Source of the DNA: Oscillospiraceae bacterium
GTDB lineage: Bacteria; Bacillota; Clostridia; Oscillospirales; CAG-272
Reading direction: 5' to 3'
Length of the DNA stretch: 64,000 bases
NCBI GenBank assembly: GCA_015065385.1
Contig: SVQK01000056.1
Location: 270,983-334,982 of the forward strand
The notes beneath the pieces are model-generated. The model ran no database searches, was not told the origin of the DNA, and was given only the letters and a program-made list of their open reading frames with translations. Below are positions 32,570-42,409 of the stretch, one piece after another. The stretch's first letter is position 1. Every line of letters begins with the position of its first letter. A program made the position numbers and the translations under genes.

Positions 32570-34903
32570 ATGGCAACGAAAGATTTTGGAGATCTCTCGG
32601 CATCGTGGAAGTCGATAGATGATTCGATTTGGCCTATCCTCTACTCCCCCTATAATGCGTATTCGGGTTACACCCGTGGGAGCACCGGAAATCTCAAACT
32701 TCGGGTAATCGGAAACACGCTGGAATATGAAGCCACCTTCAAAACGCTTAGCAGGTACAATTCAGGGCAGGGGACAACTGACTATACGCATTTCCTCAGA
32801 TCGCTCTATATGGTCTATCCGGGTGGCAATGTAACAATCAGCAACCCGGGTTCCCGGTATATTTTGCAATCGGATGACACCGAAACTGTAACCGGATCGG
32901 TTACAGTTTCCGGATATGGAAAGGTTACAGTTCGGCCAAATATGCTCTATGATGGTGTGTGGTCCGAGGAAAATCTTGCATACGAAGAGTATGAGGGATG
33001 GATTCCGAGACCCGCTCCGACCATCGGCATCACGTTCCCTGCTGGTAGAGTAGAGGCTGGAAGAACCGCTTCGCTGAATGTAACTGCCTCCAGCGACGTC
33101 ACATCCGGAACCGTCACGCGATACTACAGGGCATCCTCGAGCGATCCTTGGCAGATCAAAGATATCAAGAGCAATGTCAAAACCAATCAGACGGTAAGTG
33201 ACAGCATTCCATCGGATTGGGTTGGTTATCAGGTTAAATGGAGATACACGGCGAGCAACGGCACTGAAACGTACAAAGAAACCTCGGTGTACACCGTTGA
33301 AGTCTATGACGATTCAACCGCATCGATTTCCCTTCTGAGCAGTACCTTCTACGAAGGCGGAAAGGTTACCGTTCAGTGTTCAAATACCGGAACGGTAAAA
33401 TCCGGCGTTGTATCTCGATATTATCAGGCGAAGGGGAGTAATTCTTGGACGGTTACCCAAATTGCCATAAACGTGACTGCGCGGAGCACCAACATCGAGG
33501 ACACAATTCCTGAAAATACCGGTGGCGGTACTATCTACTGGAAGTACGAAGTCAATGACGGAAGAAAGTCCGCCGAAACTGCTCAAAAAGCCATCACTGC
33601 CAACTCGCCGCCTACGACTCCCCCTTCGCTGACGATCCCTTCTGCGATCACAGCGGGGCAGAATTTCACGGTTTCATGGGGAAGCTCTACGGACGTTGAT
33701 AATAACCTTTCTGGCTATGTTCTTCAGCGTTCCATCAACCAAGGGGCGTCTTGGGATACCATCTATCAAGGCCCGGCTACCTCTTTTACTGACAAGCTCT
33801 TATTGAATCAAGCTGCCACAGTTCGGTATCGTGTTAATGCCTACGACAGCTTCGGAGCAACGTCAGACTATATATATGCTCCCTCCTCCGGAGATCGCAC
33901 GGTAACGAACAACCATGCTCCGACAACCCCTGCGGCTCCAATAACCGTCACCCCCGCCACTTTGACGTCTGGCATTACAGCCATCATTTCTTGGGGCACG
34001 TCCACGGATGAAGATGGTGATAGCTTCAATTATGTGCTTGAGCGAGCCGTGGATGGTTCCAAATCTTTCACGAAGATCTACGAAGGCACGGCACAGCAGT
34101 TCACTGAAACGGTAGGAAATTGGGAGACGGTAACATACCGGGTAAAAGCGGTTGATTCAAAAAATGCTTCTTCTGCTTACCGCACCGCAGACGCTAAAGC
34201 TGTTTCCCAGAACGCCGTTCCGACCATCACCTGTGCCAATGAAGACGGCGCGGATTTGGGGACGAAGAGTGAGGTATTCAGCTTCACGTATTCCGTCAAT
34301 GACACAAACGCTTCCGACACTTTGACCGTCAAGGAGATGGTTGACGGAGTAGTGAAGAAGACGATCAATAACGCCGTCCGTAACCAGAACTATACGTTCA
34401 ACTTCAGAACCGGATCTGCCGCGTCCACAACCTACTGGAACAAAATCTTGAACGGATCTCACACGATTACGATTTCCGTCTCGGATGGAACCCGTACCGT
34501 TTCGAAATCGTTCACCTTCCTGAAGAGCGTCGGGGCTTGTCTGATTACGATGGCCGAGGCGATCACTGCCAACAAGAATATCGACAAGGCCGTGGTTTCG
34601 ATCTGCGGTAACATTCCTGCCGGAGGGCTGACTGCGGTTCAGGTCACAGCGGATGATGGAACGCATTGGGAGGACTGCATCCTTGCTTCCGGAACCGGCG
34701 TAACGGAATCCGGGATCGGCAACCGTAAGAAGATGGCGACCGGAGCATTGACCGAGGAGCTTCTTGGCGGGCATTATCTTTTCATCCATACGATGGCGAA
34801 CACGGGGAAGAAATTCAATTTCCGCGTTCAGGCTCAGAAGGTCGGGGAGAATGGGGGACATATTTCTTCCGTGCAGGGTACCTTCACTGAGGTGAACACA
34901 TAA
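32570..34903 (+). CDS. Tail fibre/appendage protein with fibronectin type III-like repeats
   Basis: 777 aa. Two clear FN3-like units: PPTTPPSLTIPSAITAGQNFTVSWGSSTDVDNNLSGYVLQRS... and APTTPAAPITVTPATLTSGITAIISWGTSTDEDGDSFNYVLERA.... Earlier there are Ig-like duplicated segments (VTRYYRASSSDPWQ / VSRYYQAKGSNSWT). Confidence 0.7.
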   Translation: MATKDFGDLSASWKSIDDSIWPILYSPYNAYSGYTRGSTGNLKLRVIGNTLEYEATFKTLSRYNSGQGTTDYTHFLRSLYMVYPGGNVTISNPGSRYILQSDDTETVTGSVTVSGYGKVTVRPNMLYDGVWSEENLAYEEYEGWIPRPAPTIGITFPAGRVEAGRTASLNVTASSDVTSGTVTRYYRASSSDPWQIKDIKSNVKTNQTVSDSIPSDWVGYQVKWRYTASNGTETYKETSVYTVEVYDDSTASISLLSSTFYEGGKVTVQCSNTGTVKSGVVSRYYQAKGSNSWTVTQIAINVTARSTNIEDTIPENTGGGTIYWKYEVNDGRKSAETAQKAITANSPPTTPPSLTIPSAITAGQNFTVSWGSSTDVDNNLSGYVLQRSINQGASWDTIYQGPATSFTDKLLLNQAATVRYRVNAYDSFGATSDYIYAPSSGDRTVTNNHAPTTPAAPITVTPATLTSGITAIISWGTSTDEDGDSFNYVLERAVDGSKSFTKIYEGTAQQFTETVGNWETVTYRVKAVDSKNASSAYRTADAKAVSQNAVPTITCANEDGADLGTKSEVFSFTYSVNDTNASDTLTVKEMVDGVVKKTINNAVRNQNYTFNFRTGSAASTTYWNKILNGSHTITISVSDGTRTVSKSFTFLKSVGACLITMAEAITANKNIDKAVVSICGNIPAGGLTAVQVTADDGTHWEDCILASGTGVTESGIGNRKKMATGALTEELLGGHYLFIHTMANTGKKFNFRVQAQKVGENGGHISSVQGTFTEVNT

Positions 34904-34914
34904 GGAGGGCTTGA

Positions 34915-37900
34915 ATGTACTTCAAAAAGCTGAAAATCAACGGTATTGAGTATGAAATGGAAACCCATATTGTCGGAGAGGAGGATCCCACCTCCGAGAC
35001 CGAAGGCAATCTGGGCCAGTTCTATTACAACTCGAATACCGGCATCTTCTGGAAGTGTACCTATTCCGAGGATGGCGTGTACTCTTGGGAAGAGTTCAGC
35101 ACGACCGCCTTTGATGAAGTCACGATGGATGAAGAAACCCGGCTTCTCCATTTCCTGAAAAATGGGGAAGATGTAGTCGATCCTGTGTACATCGCGGGAG
35201 GCGGCGGAGGCAGCGGAGGCGGCAGCGGCAACAATGCCGTCCTCACCGTTACAAACATGACCGGATGGCTGGCGCATACGATCAGCACCGGCGCGGACTG
35301 CTATCTGTCTATCGACTGGTCTTCCCTCGAAAATGAGATGGAGACCGGCGCGGGCATCCTGACGATCCGCGTGAACAACGTGGTGAAGCGGACGCTGGAC
35401 ATTTCTCAGGGGACCGTCCGGATCAACCTCAAGGATATTCTTGCGACCGGATCCAACAAGGTCAAGCTGACCGTAACCGACGTGTACGAGAACACGAAGT
35501 CGATCACCTTCACAATCAAGTCCGTCGATCTGCGGCTGGCAAGCTCGTTCTCCACGGTTTCCGAATTCACCGAGGGCGAGGCTGTCGTATTCACCTACAC
35601 GCCCTACGGCTCCGTTTCCAAGACCACGCATTTCGAGGTGGACGGAGCGGATGCCGGGACGCAGGTTGTGACGGCCTCCGGCAGACAGCAGAGCTACACC
35701 CTCCCGGCCATGGCCCACGGCGCGCACAGCCTGAAAGTCTGGTTCACGGCTGAGATCGACGGGGAGGAAGTGTCCTCGAACGTCTTATGGTTTGACATGA
35801 TCGTGGTCGGGGATTCGACCGCGCCGATCATTTCGACCTCGTTCCGCACCTCCGAAGCCGTGCAGTACGAAACCCTGTACATCAAATACCGCGTCTACAC
35901 CCCGAACAGTCTGACGTCCGTTGTCAGCCTGTATTCCGGGAACACGAAGATCACCGATCTGACCGTGGACCGGACGGAACAGACATGGACCTATCGCTGC
36001 GACGGATACGGGGAGCTGAATCTTTCGATCCGGAGCGGAACCGCCGTCGTGAATTTCGTGATCGACGTGGAGCAGTCCGACATTGACACGGAGCCGGAGG
36101 CCGACTCCCTCGCCCTGCATCTTTCGAGCTACGGGCGATCCAACAACGAGGAGCATCCGGAGGTCTGGAAGGACGAAGAGCACAACATTTCCTGCCAGCT
36201 CACGGGATTCAGCTACGTTGCAAACGGATGGGTCGCGGACAAGGACGGCAACACCGTCCTTCGCGTCTCCGGAAACGCCCGCGTGACGATCCCGTACAAG
36301 CCCTTCGAGAGAGATTTCCGCACCACGGGCAAGACGCTTGAGTTTGAGTTTGCGACGCGGGATGTGCTGGACTACGACGCGGTGCTGGTTTCCTGCATGA
36401 ACGGAAACCGCGGATTCGAACTCACGTCCCAGCGGGCAACGCTGAAATCCGAACGGTCGGAGATTTCCACGCAGTACAAGGAAGACGAGCACGTCCGGAT
36501 TTCCTTTGTGGCGGAGAAGAGAACCGAAAGCCGCCTGATCTACGTTTACATCAACGGCATCATGTCCGGCGTGGTGGAGTATCCGGAAGACGACGACTTC
36601 TCCCAGCAGTCTCCGGTGAACATCACCATCGGCGCGAACACCTGCACGACCGATCTATACAACATCCGGGTCTACGACAACAACCTGACCCGGTTCCAGA
36701 TCGTGAGCAACTGGATCGCCGACACGCAGAACATCACGGAAATGCTGGCCCGGTACGAGCACAACAACGTGTACGACGAATACGGGAATGTCGTCATTTC
36801 CAAGCTGCCGAAGGATCTGCCGTACATGATCATCGAGGCGGAGGAACTTCCGCAGTACAAGGGCGACAAGAAGACGGTTTCCGTGGAGTACACCGACCCC
36901 GTAACCCCCGGCAGGAGCTTCACGGCGACCGGATGTCAGGCAAACGTACAGGGGACGTCCTCCGCGCCATACGCCCGGAAGAACTACGATATGCAGTTCA
37001 AGGCGGGATTCGTTCTCGCGGACAAGTCCTCGGCGGAAAACTACGAGCTGGCCCCCGGAATCATCCCCTTCAACCGTTTCGTTCTGAAAGCGGATGTGGC
37101 GTCCTCGGAATCCGCAAACAACGTGGAGCTGGTGAAGCTGTTCTGCGAGGCCGATCCCTACAAACGCCCCGAAGAACTGTCGAATGCTAAGGTCAGAAAG
37201 GGTATCTACGGCTTCCCGATTGTGCTGTTCTGGCGCAATCCTGCGGACGGTTCGGAACAGTTCATGGGGAAGTACAACTTCAACCTGCCCAAACGTGCTC
37301 CCGGCCCCTACGGGTACAGCGGAGACATGGAGTCTTGGGAGTTCCAGAACAACACCTCCAACCTCATGCTTTTCCTGAGCGACTATTTCTCCGAGGCACC
37401 TCAGGCTGATCCCTCCACCGGAGAGGTCAAGGCCGCATGGCGATATGATTACGAAGCGCGTTTTCCCTCCGACGAATGGGTGGACTACTCCAAACTTCAG
37501 GAGTTCCAATCCTTTGTCTTCTCGACCTACCGGGCCGGGGCGACGGGGAATGATCTGGAAACGCCCGTGACCTATCAGGAGACCCATACCGTCTATGATG
37601 AGGTGGTGGATCCGGAAACCGGAGCTGTGGACTATGTGGAGCGGCTTGTGACGGAGGATGTGACCTACACCAAGGATACGGCGGAATACCGTCTATCCCG
37701 CTTCCATCATGAGTTCGGTAAATATGCGGAGGTGGATTCGTTCCTCTTCTACTACATCTTTACCGAATTGTTCCTGATGGTGGACTCCCGTGCGAAGAAC
37801 CTGTTCATCGGCTTCTCGGGCGGGCCGACGTCCGGCCTGACCCACCTCGACCGCAAGGCCGTTGCAGAGCCTTACGACATGGACACGGCGATAGGTACGA

Positions 37901-40899
37901 ACAACGAGGGCTCGCTGGTTTTTGACTACGGTCTCGAAGACACCGACCACCTCGCGGGCGGCGCGGATGTATTCAACGGCCAGAATTCTGTCCTCTGGTG
38001 CAACCTGAGAGACGCTTTCTCCCGCGAGATCGCGCAGATGTATCAGTCCCTCCGCTCGGCGGGCGTTCTGTCCTACGCGACAGTTTCTGCACGGTTTACC
38101 GATCACCAAGCCAAATGGCCGGAGGCGATCTTCAACGACGATGCGCAGTTCAAATACCTCGACCCGCTGGTGAATCCCGATCCCGGCAAGGAGCCTACGG
38201 CCGTCTACCTGCCCATGCTTCAGGGATCCAAGGCGGAGCAGCGGAAATGGTGGCTCTACAACCGGTTCCGCTACATGGATTCCAAGTGGAACGCCGGGGA
38301 CGCGCTGACGGACGTGATCCAGCTCAGAGGCTACGCCAAGGCGGATATCACGGTCACGCCCTACGCGGATATTTACCCGACCATCAAATACGGTTCCGTT
38401 CCTGTTCAGGCGAGAGGAAAGCATGGCGTTCCCCAGACGCTGGCCTGTCCCCTCGATAACGTGAACGACACCGAAATCTATATCTACTCCGCCTCCCAGC
38501 TTGCCTCAGTTGGAGATTTGTCCGGGTTGAAGGTCGGTTTCGCTGACTTCTCCAAAGCGACGAAGCTCCAGTCCATCAAGGTTGGCTCGGACGAGGCGGG
38601 ATACACAAACCAGAACCTTACGGGCCTGAGTGTGGGTACGAACCCGCTTCTCGGATCCGTGGATGCCCGGAACTGCACAGCCCTTGTCGGTACGGTGGAT
38701 CTGTCGGGTGCGGCGAACGTCGAAACCGTTCTTCTGGAAGGAACTGCCGTTACCGGTGTTGCCCTTCCGAACGGCGGCATTCTGAAAACGCTCCACCTGC
38801 CCGGTACGGTGACGAACCTGACCGTGCGGAACCAGCCGGGGATCACGAGCTTCGTCATGCCGGACTACGAGAATATCACGACCCTCCGCGTGGAGAACAG
38901 CCCCGGAATCCCGGTGGAAGACATTCTCGCCGAGATCCCGGAAAACAGCCGCGTCCGCATTCTCGGTTTTGTCTCCGAAATGACGACGGTCGAAGAGGTG
39001 GATGCGTTCTACGCGCGCCTCGACACCATGCGCGGCCTCGACGAATCGGGCGGAAACGTGGACACCGCGGTTGTGGCAGGGAAGATCACGGGGCTCGACA
39101 CGATCACGGGCGCATGGCTCGCAGACAAGCTCTCGAAATACCCGAACATCGAGATCGAATACCAGCACATCACCAGCAGTCTGCGGTACTACAACTACGA
39201 CGGTTCGACGCTGATCACCACCGAGACCATCACGGACGGCGGCGACGGAACATACTCCGGCACTCCGTCCAGAAGCTCGACGGCACAATACAGCTACACC
39301 TTCGTCGGCTGGAACCGGAACAAGAACGCGACCGCGAAGGACAGCAGCGCGACCAAGGCCGTGACCGCCGACCGGGACGTTTACGCGGCCTATACGGCCA
39401 CGGTGCGGACGTACACGATCACATGGAAGAACAGCAACGGAACCGTTCTCGAGACGGACAACAACGTGCCTTACGGATCCACGCCGAGATACAACGGATC
39501 GACGCCGCAGAATCCCGACAGCTCGGGCGGCGCGTTCCGCGGATGGACACCCACGGTCACGACCGTCACCGGGAACACGACGTACACGGCTTCCTATGTG
39601 CCGAAGTATGACGTGAAGTTCTACAACGGTTCGACCCTGCTCCAGACGGTTTCCGTTTTGGAAGGAGGAACGGCGGTATATACCGGAGAGACTCCGGTTG
39701 ACGCGGGCGGAGCCGAGTTCCTTGGATGGGCGGCTTCGGCCGGTCAGCACTCCGCGGACGCCAATATTCTGAAGAATATCACGGCGAACAAGAGCGTCTA
39801 TGCGGCGTTCAAGTCTCCGATTGAGGTTCCCACGGCGACGACTGCGGAGGGGGCTTACGGTGTGGAATGGAACTACGGGGCGACGGCAACCACCCTGACA
39901 AGAAAGGGGCTGGCAGCTTCGTTCGGCAATCCCGTTCCGGCCGATTCCCTCACCGGTTCCGGATCCTCTCCGTTCGATACGGTTGCGCCGTGGAAGGACA
40001 TGAAGCGGTACAACGTAATCGACGGGGCGGTCTCGTATTCGCAGGACGACGCCGGATACTCCGAAACGGACTACGATACCGTGGTCTACATCCCGGAGTT
40101 TTATTACACGGCCTACAAAGACACCGCCGATTCCAAGTGGCTGTGGGCGATCTCTCCGACGCCGCTTGAGGGTTTTGTGAAGCACCCCGGTTCCGGTCGG
40201 TACATCGGGCGGTTCCACACCTCCGGAAGCTCGTCCGGTGTATTCTCGAAATCGGGCGCTGCTCCGCTGGCGAACACCACCCGTGCGAACTTCCGGATGT
40301 ACTCCCACAACAAAGGCGAAAAGTGGCGTCAGCTCGACCTCGCGGCGTGGTCTGCGCTTCAGATGCTCTACCTTGTGGAATTTGCGAACTTCTATTCGCA
40401 GAGCACACTCGGGACGGGCTATGATACCGGATCGGTCGGCACGATGGGCGAGACCGGCGAGGCGGCTTACCATACGCTGAAACGCTCGAAGGCGCACAAT
40501 ATGTACCGCTGGATCGAAGATCCGTTCTCGAATGTTCTGGACTGGTGCGACGGCTTTGTCGCTTCATCCAGAGCTGCCTACACCAGCATCGACTACGGGA
40601 GCTACAAGGATACAACCACGGGCATGGATAAAACCGGCATCACGCTCCCGAGTTCGAACTATATTTCGGGATTCGGATACAGCGCGGAAGCGCCTTATGC
40701 GTTCATCCCTGATAAAGCGTCAGGAGCAGAAACAACCTACGTTACAGACCGCGTCTACTCGAACACCGGGACTTGCGTCCTGTACGTCGGCGGTAGCTGC
40801 AACGCGAACGCGGACTATGGGTTCTTCTGCTTCGGCGCCTACCTCTCGGCTTCGAACACCTACGCCAGCTTCGGCTCCCGCCTCCTTTATATCCCTTAA
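34915..40899 (+). CDS. Giant receptor-binding tail fibre (1994 aa): CotH-like, LRR, Listeria-Bacteroides-type repeats and a C-terminal C-type-lectin/FGE-like domain carrying the DGR VR
   Basis: CotH-like: FVLKADVASSESANNVELVKLF...GFPIVLFWRN...GKYNFNLPK...LFLMVDSRAKNLFI. LRR: LTGLSVGTNPLLGSVDARNCTALVGTVDLSGAANVETVLLEGTAVTGV.... Repeats: YSYTFVGWNRN...YTITWKNSNGTVL...YDVKFYNGSTLL...FLGWAAS. CLec-like end: NMYRWIEDPFSNVLDWCDGF...VLYVGGSCNANADYGFFCFGAYLSASNTYASFGSRLLYIP. Confidence 0.85.
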   Translation: MYFKKLKINGIEYEMETHIVGEEDPTSETEGNLGQFYYNSNTGIFWKCTYSEDGVYSWEEFSTTAFDEVTMDEETRLLHFLKNGEDVVDPVYIAGGGGGSGGGSGNNAVLTVTNMTGWLAHTISTGADCYLSIDWSSLENEMETGAGILTIRVNNVVKRTLDISQGTVRINLKDILATGSNKVKLTVTDVYENTKSITFTIKSVDLRLASSFSTVSEFTEGEAVVFTYTPYGSVSKTTHFEVDGADAGTQVVTASGRQQSYTLPAMAHGAHSLKVWFTAEIDGEEVSSNVLWFDMIVVGDSTAPIISTSFRTSEAVQYETLYIKYRVYTPNSLTSVVSLYSGNTKITDLTVDRTEQTWTYRCDGYGELNLSIRSGTAVVNFVIDVEQSDIDTEPEADSLALHLSSYGRSNNEEHPEVWKDEEHNISCQLTGFSYVANGWVADKDGNTVLRVSGNARVTIPYKPFERDFRTTGKTLEFEFATRDVLDYDAVLVSCMNGNRGFELTSQRATLKSERSEISTQYKEDEHVRISFVAEKRTESRLIYVYINGIMSGVVEYPEDDDFSQQSPVNITIGANTCTTDLYNIRVYDNNLTRFQIVSNWIADTQNITEMLARYEHNNVYDEYGNVVISKLPKDLPYMIIEAEELPQYKGDKKTVSVEYTDPVTPGRSFTATGCQANVQGTSSAPYARKNYDMQFKAGFVLADKSSAENYELAPGIIPFNRFVLKADVASSESANNVELVKLFCEADPYKRPEELSNAKVRKGIYGFPIVLFWRNPADGSEQFMGKYNFNLPKRAPGPYGYSGDMESWEFQNNTSNLMLFLSDYFSEAPQADPSTGEVKAAWRYDYEARFPSDEWVDYSKLQEFQSFVFSTYRAGATGNDLETPVTYQETHTVYDEVVDPETGAVDYVERLVTEDVTYTKDTAEYRLSRFHHEFGKYAEVDSFLFYYIFTELFLMVDSRAKNLFIGFSGGPTSGLTHLDRKAVAEPYDMDTAIGTNNEGSLVFDYGLEDTDHLAGGADVFNGQNSVLWCNLRDAFSREIAQMYQSLRSAGVLSYATVSARFTDHQAKWPEAIFNDDAQFKYLDPLVNPDPGKEPTAVYLPMLQGSKAEQRKWWLYNRFRYMDSKWNAGDALTDVIQLRGYAKADITVTPYADIYPTIKYGSVPVQARGKHGVPQTLACPLDNVNDTEIYIYSASQLASVGDLSGLKVGFADFSKATKLQSIKVGSDEAGYTNQNLTGLSVGTNPLLGSVDARNCTALVGTVDLSGAANVETVLLEGTAVTGVALPNGGILKTLHLPGTVTNLTVRNQPGITSFVMPDYENITTLRVENSPGIPVEDILAEIPENSRVRILGFVSEMTTVEEVDAFYARLDTMRGLDESGGNVDTAVVAGKITGLDTITGAWLADKLSKYPNIEIEYQHITSSLRYYNYDGSTLITTETITDGGDGTYSGTPSRSSTAQYSYTFVGWNRNKNATAKDSSATKAVTADRDVYAAYTATVRTYTITWKNSNGTVLETDNNVPYGSTPRYNGSTPQNPDSSGGAFRGWTPTVTTVTGNTTYTASYVPKYDVKFYNGSTLLQTVSVLEGGTAVYTGETPVDAGGAEFLGWAASAGQHSADANILKNITANKSVYAAFKSPIEVPTATTAEGAYGVEWNYGATATTLTRKGLAASFGNPVPADSLTGSGSSPFDTVAPWKDMKRYNVIDGAVSYSQDDAGYSETDYDTVVYIPEFYYTAYKDTADSKWLWAISPTPLEGFVKHPGSGRYIGRFHTSGSSSGVFSKSGAAPLANTTRANFRMYSHNKGEKWRQLDLAAWSALQMLYLVEFANFYSQSTLGTGYDTGSVGTMGETGEAAYHTLKRSKAHNMYRWIEDPFSNVLDWCDGFVASSRAAYTSIDYGSYKDTTTGMDKTGITLPSSNYISGFGYSAEAPYAFIPDKASGAETTYVTDRVYSNTGTCVLYVGGSCNANADYGFFCFGAYLSASNTYASFGSRLLYIP
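40750..40887 (+). repeat. DGR variable repeat (VR), last ~46 codons of the fibre gene
   Basis: 138 nt colinear with the TR. I count 15 mismatches by eye, 14 of them at positions where the TR has A. Confidence 0.9.
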
Positions 40900-40907
40900 G
40901 GGGGACC

Positions 40908-40925
40908 GGGGGTCGCAACCCCCGA
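40908..40925 (+). promoter_or_regulatory. GC hairpin just 3' of VR (candidate DGR target-recognition hairpin)
   Basis: CGGGGGT cgca ACCCCCG: 7-bp stem with a 4-nt loop, 21 nt after the VR end. Confidence 0.55.
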
Positions 40926-41061
40926 GAGCTTAAAGCTCAGGCAAAACAAACAGCAAAGCAAACACAACAAACGCAACGGAAGTCCATATCCGTCCGCGCA
41001 CAGCGGTCGGATATGGGATTTCCCGGGATTCCCTGCGCAGTGGAGCGGTGCTTGTATCCTT

Positions 41062-41199
41062 CGCGTCAACTCGAACACCGGGACCTGCGTCCTGTACGTC
41101 GGCGGTAACTACAACGCGAACGCGAACTATGGGTTCTTCTACTTCAACGCCAACAACTCGGCTTCGAACACCAACGCCAACATCGGCTCCCGCCACCTT
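41062..41199 (+). repeat. DGR template repeat (TR)
   Basis: Non-coding copy of the VR, rich in AAC triplets (translates as RVNSNTGTCVLYVGGNYNANANYGFFYFNANNSASNTNANIGSRHL). It lies 119 nt upstream of the RT gene. Confidence 0.9.
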
Positions 41200-41318
41200 G
41201 TTCATACGGTTTGTGATATGCGCGCAGGGCTTTCCGTACCACTTGGTAAAAATATCGCCGCAAGGAGAGTGTTTAGTAGGACTATCTCGAAAAACGCTCA
41301 GGCGAACAAGGAGAAAAG

Positions 41319-42398
41319 ATGCCAAAAAGAATTGGATTTCTCTACGACAAAATGTGCGACAAGGTTTTCATCCGAACCGCCATCCTCGAAGGCGCGGTCG
41401 GAAAACACAAGCGGGCCGACGTGAAAGCGGTTCTCGAAGATCTTGACGGCTATGTGAACAAGACATACGAAATGCTGGTGAACCGCGCTTATGTTCCGAC
41501 GCCGCCGAGATCGAAGCGGATCTACGACAAGACCTGTCAGAAAGAGCGGACGATCCAGATTGTCCCGTACTTCCCGGACGGAATCATGCACTGGCTCTGC
41601 GTCAAGGCGATGCGGGGCGTTCTGATGCGCGGGATGTACCGCTGGAGCTGCGCGTCCATACCGGGCCGCGGGAACAAATGCGCATGGAGCTATGTCAAGC
41701 GCGCTTTGAAGAAGGATCCGAAGGGGACGAAATACTGTCTGAAGATGGACATCAAGAGCTACTATCCATCGATCAGGCCGAAGCGTCTGATCTGGGCCCT
41801 GGCCCGCAAGATCAAGGACAAGCTGTTTCTGAAAACCGTTTACAGCATAGTGGCTTCGAATCCGGATCCCGGAATCGCGGTCGGTTTTTACATCAACCAA
41901 TGGCTCGCAAACTATTTTCTCGAACCGCTCGACCGGCTGATCTGCTCCCTTCCCGGTGTCAAACACTACGTGCGGAACATGGACGACATGGTAGTATTCG
42001 GGTCGAGCAAACGGGATCTGCACCGGGCGCGGGCGAAAATCTCCGAGTTCCTTTTGGATCGTCTTTCTCTGGTGCTGAAAGGGAACTGGCAGGTATTTCC
42101 CGTGGACGGGCGCGGCGTGGACTTCATCGGCTATCGGTTCTTCCACTCGCACACCGCTTTGAGGCGGAGGAATTTCCTGCGCTTCATCCGGCAGTGCCGC
42201 AGGGTGGCCGGGATGGCCGCGGACGGGATCGCCATTCCATTTCACGAGGCGTCAGGTCTTCTCTCCCGGGCCGGTTCGCTGAAACACTGCGACTGCGCGG
42301 GCGCCAAGCGGCGGTATCTGGACGAGGGAGTCAGCGTCGGGCGGCTGAAACGGGTCGTGAGAGAACATGATCTGCACCTCCGCCTGACGACCGCATAG
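41319..42398 (+). CDS. DGR reverse transcriptase
   Basis: 359 aa. RT motifs: KERTIQIVPYFPDG, YCLKMDIKSYYPSI, IAVGFYINQWLANYFL (near-match to the DGR-type [LIV]GxxxSQ), YVRNMDDMVVFG (YxDD box) and GVDFIGYRF. Confidence 0.9.
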   Translation: MPKRIGFLYDKMCDKVFIRTAILEGAVGKHKRADVKAVLEDLDGYVNKTYEMLVNRAYVPTPPRSKRIYDKTCQKERTIQIVPYFPDGIMHWLCVKAMRGVLMRGMYRWSCASIPGRGNKCAWSYVKRALKKDPKGTKYCLKMDIKSYYPSIRPKRLIWALARKIKDKLFLKTVYSIVASNPDPGIAVGFYINQWLANYFLEPLDRLICSLPGVKHYVRNMDDMVVFGSSKRDLHRARAKISEFLLDRLSLVLKGNWQVFPVDGRGVDFIGYRFFHSHTALRRRNFLRFIRQCRRVAGMAADGIAIPFHEASGLLSRAGSLKHCDCAGAKRRYLDEGVSVGRLKRVVREHDLHLRLTTA

Positions 42399-42409
42399 GG
42401 AGGGCGCGC

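Noticed and set aside
32570-40749. A second VR (additional DGR target) elsewhere in the fibre genes.
   Set aside because: Scanning by eye for the TR core (TCGAACACCGG..., GGCTTCGAACACC) found only the VR and TR copies. A computational search of the full genome is still needed, because remote targets cannot be excluded.
40930-41446. ORFs overlapping the TR (40930-41325 on the minus strand, 41048-41446 on the + strand) and alternative-frame ORF 40532-40933 overlapping the VR.
   Set aside because: These are alternative-frame readings of the VR and TR repeats (Thr/Arg/Pro-rich). The TR is expected to be non-coding template RNA.
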